From Vicinamibacterales bacterium (GTDB lineage Bacteria; Acidobacteriota; Vicinamibacteria; Vicinamibacterales; UBA823): DNA of 64,000 bases. Below are positions 57,709 to 64,000 of the stretch, one piece after another. The translations under genes and the position numbers were made by a program. The notes beneath the pieces were generated by a model. That model had not been told where the DNA came from, did no database searches, and saw only the letters and a program-made list of their open reading frames with translations. Position 1 is the stretch's first letter. Each line of letters starts with the position of its first letter. The stretch lies in contig CBDANA010000008.1 in NCBI GenBank assembly GCA_965197385.1, forward strand, positions 146,155 to 210,154, given 5' to 3'.

Positions 57709-58341
57709 TCATAACCGAGGGGTTGGGACCCGATCAACGAACGGCCACGGGCCCACGATGCTCTCGTAGTCCTCCCGTGTATCCACGTCGGTGAACGCAC
57801 CCTGGTCGTCGACCGGTACGTTGACGATGTCGGCGGCGTGGGCCCGGACGACCGTCTTCGCGCCCGCGGCGTCGCTCGCCTGTCGCAGTTCGTCGAACAG
57901 CGGCCGCCCGAACAGCACGGGATGGCCGTGTGTATCGCCCGACGTCGGACGTACGATGGACCCGCCGGTTCTCAGGAACGTCTCCAAGACGATCCGGACT
58001 GTCGATGGGCTCACGAACGGGACATCCACGAGCGCGAGCAACATGCCGGACACACCGGGCTTGTCGATTGCCTCGAGGGCCACCCGCACCGACGACAACT
58101 GGCCCCGTTCGGGGTGGGGATTGTCCACGACCCTCGGGGCGCGGGAGACGCCAGCCAGCACGCGCTCGATGTCACCGGACTGCCTGGAGGCTACGACGAC
58201 GACGTCTTCGACGCCGGCGGCCCATAACGTCTCGACCAGGCGGGAGAGAAACGTCTCCCCCTCGATTCCCGTAGGCAAGAGCGCCTTCGGCCGACCGATG
58301 CGCGAAGAGGCGCCGGCGGCCAGAATGACCCCGGGGATCAC
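57709..58341 (-). CDS. MobA/MocA-family nucleotidyltransferase (molybdenum cofactor cytidylyltransferase-like)
   Basis: VILAAGASSRIGRPKALL N-terminal motif and an NTP_transf_3-like body. Confidence 0.75.
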   Translation of the reverse strand: MIPGVILAAGASSRIGRPKALLPTGIEGETFLSRLVETLWAAGVEDVVVVASRQSGDIERVLAGVSRAPRVVDNPHPERGQLSSVRVALEAIDKPGVSGMLLALVDVPFVSPSTVRIVLETFLRTGGSIVRPTSGDTHGHPVLFGRPLFDELRQASDAAGAKTVVRAHAADIVNVPVDDQGAFTDVDTREDYESIVGPWPFVDRVPTPRL

Positions 58342-58386
58342 CCTTCCTCCGCGCTGTCAGCACCGTACGGCATCAGCCCATTCTAG

Positions 58387-58517
58387 CAGTCCGAGGTGAA
58401 AGGCCCGCTGCATTCGACTGCCGATGCGTCCCGGCTTCAGCGGCGCTTGGCGTTGCCCACGATGGGTCGAATACGCCCGCATTCTCTCTTTTTGCACTTG
58501 CTCGGGCCAACCGCGTG
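58387..58517 (-). repeat. MITE-like element, copy K (partly deleted)
   Basis: CTAG|CAGTCCGAGGTGAAAGGCCCGC..GCATTCGACTGCCGATGCGTCC.. ...|CTAG, with CTAG on both flanks. Confidence 0.75.
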
Positions 58518-58530
58518 CTAGAATCCACCC

Positions 58531-58719
58531 ATGTCCGACGTCGCCGTCCAGATCAGATGTCAGCGGTGCGGCACCCAGATGGATATGACTGACCCGGCTC
58601 CTGGCGGCGAGTGGAAGCCGCAGCAGTTTTGGGTGTGCGCAAGGTGCGGGCGACATTTCTGGACCACCTATCCGGCGCCGAAGCCTGCGGCGCCAAAACC
58701 TGCATCAACTCCAAGTTAG
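58531..58719 (+). CDS. small zinc-ribbon protein (CxxC...CxxC)
   Basis: MSDVAVQIRCQRCGTQM..WVCARCGRHF... The ATG lies 13 nt after repeat K. Confidence 0.5.
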   Translation: MSDVAVQIRCQRCGTQMDMTDPAPGGEWKPQQFWVCARCGRHFWTTYPAPKPAAPKPASTPS

Positions 58720-58825
58720 AGAATAAGTTAAGGGTCCTGCCTCAGGGGAAAGCCCCTACGGCCAGCAGTCGAACCATCCCAGCGGCCGTGGGCATCTGTT
58801 GCTATCGCTAACGTGTGCAGTTGGC

Positions 58826-58855
58826 TTGACTTCCTATGAAGGATCCACCTACACT
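58826..58855 (+). promoter_or_regulatory. candidate promoter for cspA with a roughly 300-nt leader
   Basis: TTGACT (58826-58831), an 18-nt spacer, then TACACT (58850-58855). Long 5' UTRs are usual for csp genes. Confidence 0.4.
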
Positions 58856-59161
58856 TGGGGCGTTTTGCGCTGCCTCTTGTGTCAGGTGAAGTTTATCTGA
58901 CTCGGCGTCGATTTCGTGGCGGAGGTGTCTGAGGGTGCCGGCCTTGGCGTCGCTGTTCGTCGGCAGCGTGAATCCGGCCTGCCAGTCGGGGGCGGGTCGG
59001 AGAGCGAGACTCGGCTGCGGGAAGACCCCGGAAGGTTGTCGGTGTCGCGTTTCAGCCTGAAAGACGGTCCGCGGACATCTCGCCGCGGGCTTCCCACGAC
59101 AAGTGGTCTCGCTCGACCCCAGGGTGGTCCTGGGGCTTCGCCGATCGGAGGACTAAGGGTT

Positions 59162-59368
59162 ATGCCAAGCGGTACGATTGCACGACTCCTCATCGACAAG
59201 GGGTTCGGTTTCATTCGCGATGAGGGCGGAATCGAGCACTTCTTCCACCGCAGCTCAGTGCGAGGTGCCGTCTTCGAGTTGCTCCGAGAAGGGCAGCGCG
59301 TCGAGTTCACACAGGAAGAGTCTGCCAAGGGCCCTCGCGCTGGCGAGGTGACCCTCATCGAAAACTAA
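59162..59368 (+). CDS. cspA: cold-shock protein (CspA family)
   Basis: KGFGFI (RNP1) and an FFH-type RNP2. ATG 59162 follows GGAGGACTAAGGGTT. Confidence 0.9.
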   Translation: MPSGTIARLLIDKGFGFIRDEGGIEHFFHRSSVRGAVFELLREGQRVEFTQEESAKGPRAGEVTLIEN

Positions 59369-59595
59369 TCCGCCCTACGCGGGTCGGTTCGTGTCGTCGG
59401 GGGGCCGCTGGCGCGGCTCGCGTAGGCTCCGAAGAACGCCGGCTTCGTCGCCGGCCTCACCCGGTGTACACTCCGTCCTGCGCGTCGGTCCCGCGATTGC
59501 GCACTTCCCGCTCTTCGGATTTCCGAGTGCGGTTCCCGGCGTCGTTCGATCACCCGCGATTCGCGCTGACGGACACGTCCCGTCAGGACGTCGAT

Positions 59596-59691
59596 GGAAG
59601 CGAACGGGGCCCGGTGGCCCTCCCGGTCTTCAAAATCGGTCGCTCCCCGCTCTGCGGGGGGGCTGGGTTCAACTCCCAGGCGCTTCCGCCA
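59596..59691 (+). tRNA. selC: tRNA-Sec (selenocysteine, anticodon UCA), CCA encoded
   Basis: GGAAGCGA../..GCGCTTCC 8-position acceptor. 6-bp D stem GGGGCC/GGCCCT with a 4-nt loop. Anticodon loop CTTCAAA. Long variable arm CCCCGC/GCGGGG. T arm CTGGG-TTCAACT-CCCAG. Ends G-CCA. The 5' and 3' ends resemble E. coli selC (GGAAGATC...GATCTTCCGCCA). Confidence 0.9.
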
Positions 59692-62206
59692 TAACTTGTT
59701 CCCGTCATTGCACTTCCCGATCAGCGATCGGCCGTCTCCTGACTGTCTCCAAACTTGAGATTCGGATGACGGCGGCGGTCACGAAGGTAGGCGTCATTAT
59801 GGGGACGCCAGCCAACAGCCTTGGGCGGACAGAGGGCACGCACCGGCGGCACAGAGACAACCATGAATTTCTGCGAACACAGTGAAAGTCAACGATTGGA
59901 TCTGGCCTCGATCTTGCGGCCGCTGTGCCGGGTGCGGGCAGACCGGTCGGTGCTCCTTTGTTGTGTTTGTCTGTTGCTCGGCGGCGCGCCAATGCCACCA
60001 GTCAGCAATTTACCGGTGGCGTTCGTGGCCTCGTCCGTGACGCTGAGGGCGTCAGCGCCGGTGCCACCGTGAGGCTGACCAACGAGAACACCAACGGCGA
60101 GCGTCGGACGGTTACCAACGACGCAGGGCAGTACGCGTTCGTGGCGGTCCCACCGGGCACCTACACGGTCCGGACCTCACTGCCGGACCACCGGACGGTG
60201 GTTCGTCCGGGGATCGAGATTGGAACGCAGGAGTTCATAACACTCGACCTCCTGCTGAAAGTCGGTGCACCGGAGGACCCGCTCACGGTGATCGCCGACG
60301 TGCCCTCGATCGAGACCGCCAACGCGTCCGTCGCGAGCGTGCTCGATCGGGTGATGCTAGGTACCTGGCCGTCGCCCAATCGCAATCCGTTCGCCCTGGC
60401 CGTCACGGCCCCAACGGTCGTCTCCGCCGGCGAGCGACGCCTCACGCTGCAGGGAGACCAGACCGACTCCTCCCGCATCTCGATCGGGGGCGGAGGTATC
60501 CAAGCCAACAACTAGGTCCTCGACGGCGTGCCGATCAGCGACCTGCGTGGCCGCTCACTGCTGAGTCCGACGATCGAGGCGATACAGGACGTCAGGATTC
60601 AAGTGCATACGTACGACGCCGAGGTGGGCCGCACGGGCGGCGGCGTGTTCAACACGACTGCGCGTGCGGGCACCAACGCCTTCCATGGCTCCGGGTTCTT
60701 TCAGACCCGACCGGTGTGGGGACAGTCGCTTGACTTCTTCGACGTGCAGCGAGAAGTGACAAAGGAGGACGTCGGGCTGACCGGGGCAGTGCACCAAGTC
60801 TACGGCGGAGGCGGTGGTGGGCCGATCTGGCGGAACCACACCTTTTTCTGGGCGGCTTCGGAGAGCTATCGCGCGAGGCGGCTTGGGAACACCCAGGAGC
60901 TCTGGCCGACCGCCCGTCAGCGAGCAGGTGATTTCTCCACGACGACGGTCAACGGTGCAGCGGTCCGTATATTTAGTCCGTACTGTCGCGGCGGAGGCGC
61001 CAGCGCACAGTGCCCGGCAACGGGGCCCAGCGGGACGCTGGAAAATCCGGAGTTCGCCAACGCGATCATCCCGGCGTTCGTCCTGAATCCCGTGGCCCTC
61101 AACATGGCTGCTGTCTGGCCGCTGCCGAACCAAGACAACGACGACACCGAGCCGAATGCCATCGGTACGACCGAGTCAATCGACGAAGCCGACATGGTGA
61201 GCTTCAAGATCGAGCACAGGTTCACCGACGGCTGGACGCTGGGCGGGCTCATCGTCTACACCGAAACCAGAGAACAGTCACCGTTCCTGATGGAACAGCC
61301 GATTGCCGCCACGCTGGACCGGAACAGCGGCGTGGTGCAGCGACGGCCGCGCGTGTTGGTATTCAATAGTACAAACGTCCTCAGCGACCAGACTGTGCTG
61401 ACGGTGCGCGTCGGCGGCGCCAGCTTCTCGCGCCGCGTCGCGCCGGGGACGTTCGCGGGCGGCCCGCAGGGTCTCGGATTCAGCTCGACTTTCGTTAGCG
61501 CGATAGACCCGGCCGGCCGAAGCCTGTTTCCCGGTCTGGCCTTCCAGAACTTCACCAGTGTGGGCCGGACCACCGGTGAGGACGAGCGGTGGGAGCAACC
61601 GTACGCAATCAACGCGTCGCTCTCGAAGTTGGCCGGCCGCCACACGTTCAAGATCGGTGGTGATGTGCGGCAATTGAGCGGTGCGGTCACGACGGAGCAG
61701 TCCAACGCCGGCAACTTCCTCTTCAACAGAAACTTCACGCAGGATCCTGACGGGCTGGGCGGCTACGACTTTGCGAGCTTTCTCGTGGGCGCGCCGAGGG
61801 CGGCGAGCTACGCACCGTTCAACCGCGGCGACATCGAAGTGTTCACGCGGCACTTCGGCGGCTACTTTCAGGATGACTGGCGCGTGCGCCAGAATCTGAC
61901 AATCAACTATGGTGTGCGACTCGAACGAGAGGACGGTCTGCGGGAACTCGAGGATCGCTTCACGGTTGGTTTCGATCAGGACGTCATCAGCCCGCTCGAC
62001 GCCCTCGTCCCCGCATCGGCGCGCGTCGGCACGCCGCTGGAGGGGCGGACGATCCGCGGTGGCCTCATCTTCGCGGGCGTCGGTGGCGCCAACCTCCATC
62101 AGGGCGACCCGCCCACCGTGAAAGTGTCGCCGCGGTTCGGTCTGACCTACGCACTCAATGATCGCACTGAATCGTACCGGGTTTCTCGGAGACCGAATTC
62201 GTTGAA

Positions 62207-63100
62207 TCAGGCCACCTCAGCCTGCTCATAGTACTGCGCCTCGAACTCTGCTGGTGGAATGTCCCCGAGCGGCCCCAACAGTCGTCGTGTGTTGAACCAG
62301 TCCACCCACGTCAAGGTGGCGAACTCCACGGCCTCGAGGGTGCGCCACGGGCCCTTCCGTCGAATCACCTCCGTCTTGTACAAGCCGATCACCGATTCGG
62401 CGAGGGCATTGTCATAGGCATCGCCTTGGCTGCCGACCGACGGCGCGATGCCGGCGTCCACGAGGCGATCCGTGTACCGCATCGAGAGATATTGCGACCC
62501 GGCATCACTGTGATGTACGAGGCCGGTGAGGGCGTCGCCCCGGCGGGCGTAGATCGCCTGCTCCAACGCATCCAGCACAAAGTCCGTGCGCATGGAGGCC
62601 GACACCCGCCAGCCCACAATGCGGCGCGCAAACACGTCGATGACGACCGCGACGTAGACAAAGCCGCCCCAGGTTGCGACGTACGTGAAATCGGAGACCC
62701 AGAGCTGATTCGGACGGGTGGCCACGAATCGGCGGTCAACGAGGTCCACCGGGCGACCGCCCTCACCTGCGGGGGTCGTGGTGACCCAGGCCCGGCCCCG
62801 GACGGCCCCGGCAAGGCCCATCGCGCGCATCAGGCGCGCCACAGTGCAGCGCGCCACGCGGACGCCGTCCCGCCGCAGCTGCTTCCAGACTTTCCGGGGG
62901 CCGTAGACCTGCTGGTGCGCGTCATAGACCCGCTGAATCTCGACGCGGAGCTGATCGTCGCGCTGCGCCCGTGCGGACCGGCGCGTCGGATGTGTCCGCT
63001 GGTGCCGATGGCGATGATACGTCGACGGGGCGATCGGCAGCACGGCGCAGATCGGCTCGACCCCGAACACGGCGCGATGGTCGGCGATGAACTGGACCAT
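62207..63100 (-). CDS. IS3 transposase OrfB (integrase core, DDE)
   Basis: WVSDFTYV, HSDAGSQY and DNALAESVIGLYKTE motifs. It is probably expressed as an OrfAB fusion by -1 frameshifting. Confidence 0.9.
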   Translation of the reverse strand: MVQFIADHRAVFGVEPICAVLPIAPSTYHRHRHQRTHPTRRSARAQRDDQLRVEIQRVYDAHQQVYGPRKVWKQLRRDGVRVARCTVARLMRAMGLAGAVRGRAWVTTTPAGEGGRPVDLVDRRFVATRPNQLWVSDFTYVATWGGFVYVAVVIDVFARRIVGWRVSASMRTDFVLDALEQAIYARRGDALTGLVHHSDAGSQYLSMRYTDRLVDAGIAPSVGSQGDAYDNALAESVIGLYKTEVIRRKGPWRTLEAVEFATLTWVDWFNTRRLLGPLGDIPPAEFEAQYYEQAEVA

Positions 63101-63105
63101 CGTGG

Positions 63106-63447
63106 CTACGTCCTCCGGCGGTCGAGCTCCGCCTGGGCGAAATACGCGAACGCTTTCCGCAGGATCTCATTCGCCCGCTTCAGCTCACGGACCTCGCGCT
63201 CCAGCTCCTTCAACCGCTCCCGCTCGCTCGTCGTCAGGCCCGGCCGATGCCCAGCATCACGCTGCGCCTGCCGCACCCACTTCCGCAGCGTCTCCGCCGT
63301 GCAGCCGAGCTTCGGCGCCACCGACTGCAGCACCGCCCACTCTGAGGCGTGGGCCTCTCGGTGCTCCTCGACCATCCGGACGGCACGTTCGCGCACTTCC
63401 GGAGAAAACCGACTTGGACGTCCCATAGACCCCATCCTCCCAAGCAA
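63106..63447 (-). CDS. IS3 transposase OrfA (HTH)
   Basis: [14 protein letters not shown].. and a leucine-zipper-like end. OrfB follows in the -1 frame. Confidence 0.88.
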   Translation of the reverse strand: MLGRMGSMGRPSRFSPEVRERAVRMVEEHREAHASEWAVLQSVAPKLGCTAETLRKWVRQAQRDAGHRPGLTTSERERLKELEREVRELKRANEILRKAFAYFAQAELDRRRT

Positions 63448-64000
63448 TGAGGTCTCCGAGAAACCCGGTACGATTCACACCGTCATTCGCACAGGCTACG
63501 GATTGTTCTGGCACCCTGGAACTACTCCCCGACCGAGCATGGTCAGATCGGCTTCACGCGCACGACGTCGCTGACCCAAGGATCCGACACGACAGACGTG
63601 CCGCTAACGACGCTGGAGGATCCGTTCCCCGGCGGCTTGGAGGTTCCGGTCGGAAGCTCGCTGGGACTGCTGACGGGAGCCGGCACCGCCATCGACTTCG
63701 TGGACCAGACCAAGGGTGCACCGCGGATCCATCAGTACTCCGGCGAGATCCAGCATGAGTTGCCCGGCGGGGTATCGCTCACGGTCGGCTACGTCGGCGC
63801 CACCGGGCGGGACATCGGGTTCGGCGGAACCGACAACTCCCGGGTCAACATCAACCAGATTCCGTCAGCCGTCGCGCTGGCCGCGTTCCCCGCGGGAGAC
63901 GGTCGTTGGGATCCGAGGCCGCTGCTCCAGTCGATTCCGAACCCGTTTCTTGGCATCGCCGAGGCGGGCGAGTTCGCGGACAGCCAGACGATTCAGCGCG

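Larger units (their letters stand above)
62168..63477 (-). mobile_element. IS3-family insertion sequence (1310 bp)
   Basis: IRs TGAATCGTACCGGGTTTCTCGGAGACC / GGTCTCCGAGAAACCCGGTACGATTCA, with a 3-bp duplication CAC at 62165-62167 and 63478-63480. Confidence 0.92.
59863..64000 (+). pseudogene. CarboxypepD_reg-type TonB-dependent receptor (Oar-like) with a frameshift, an amber stop and an IS3 insertion; runs off the window end
   Basis: The signal peptide frame (MNF..VLLCCVCLLLGGAP) differs from the mature frame (ATSQQFTGGVRGLVRD..). An in-frame TAG at 60513-60515 interrupts ..IQANN*VLDGVPISD... The ORF resumes after the IS (..NDRT|VIRTGYGLFW..). Confidence 0.8.

Overview
High-GC bacterial chromosomal segment. 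The gene content suggests an Acidobacteriota-like soil organism (inference only): Ser/Thr-kinase plus TolB-propeller remnants, a CarboxypepD_reg-type TonB receptor, DUF5916, and an M16 peptidase pair. The conserved backbone appears intact: thrS'-infC-rpmI-rplT-pheS-pheT-zapB-zapA-thiL, pyk, mrp/apbC, addB-addA-like, an M16 peptidase pair, asparaginase, cspA, tRNA-Ala(GGC) and tRNA-Sec (selC). The window carries a very high mobile-DNA load: IS630, IS30, two inverted IS256 copies, IS1380, IS5 and IS3 elements, plus a group II intron. There are also at least 12 copies or fragments of a roughly 160-190 bp element with terminal inverted repeats (MITE-like). These copies sit at CTAG/YTAR sites, often exactly at gene boundaries. 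Many accessory genes are interrupted, truncated or frame-disrupted. These include dam, cysD, DUF2061-cysC, a PA14/GT39 protein, a lipoprotein, an MFS transporter, a porin/FMN-binding/ApbE operon and a TonB receptor. Main hunt results: (1) the MITE-like family, whose conserved core and compensatory stem changes suggest a structured nucleic acid; (2) an ISEcp1-style IS1380 transposition unit carrying a DUF5916 gene, inserted in dam with a perfect CTGAA duplication; (3) a previously unflagged selC; (4) an IS-hit operon that is decaying behind a double-palindrome operator; (5) a 275-bp rod-like palindrome in a repeat hotspot. All calls are from reading the sequence and ORF track by eye; no searches were run.
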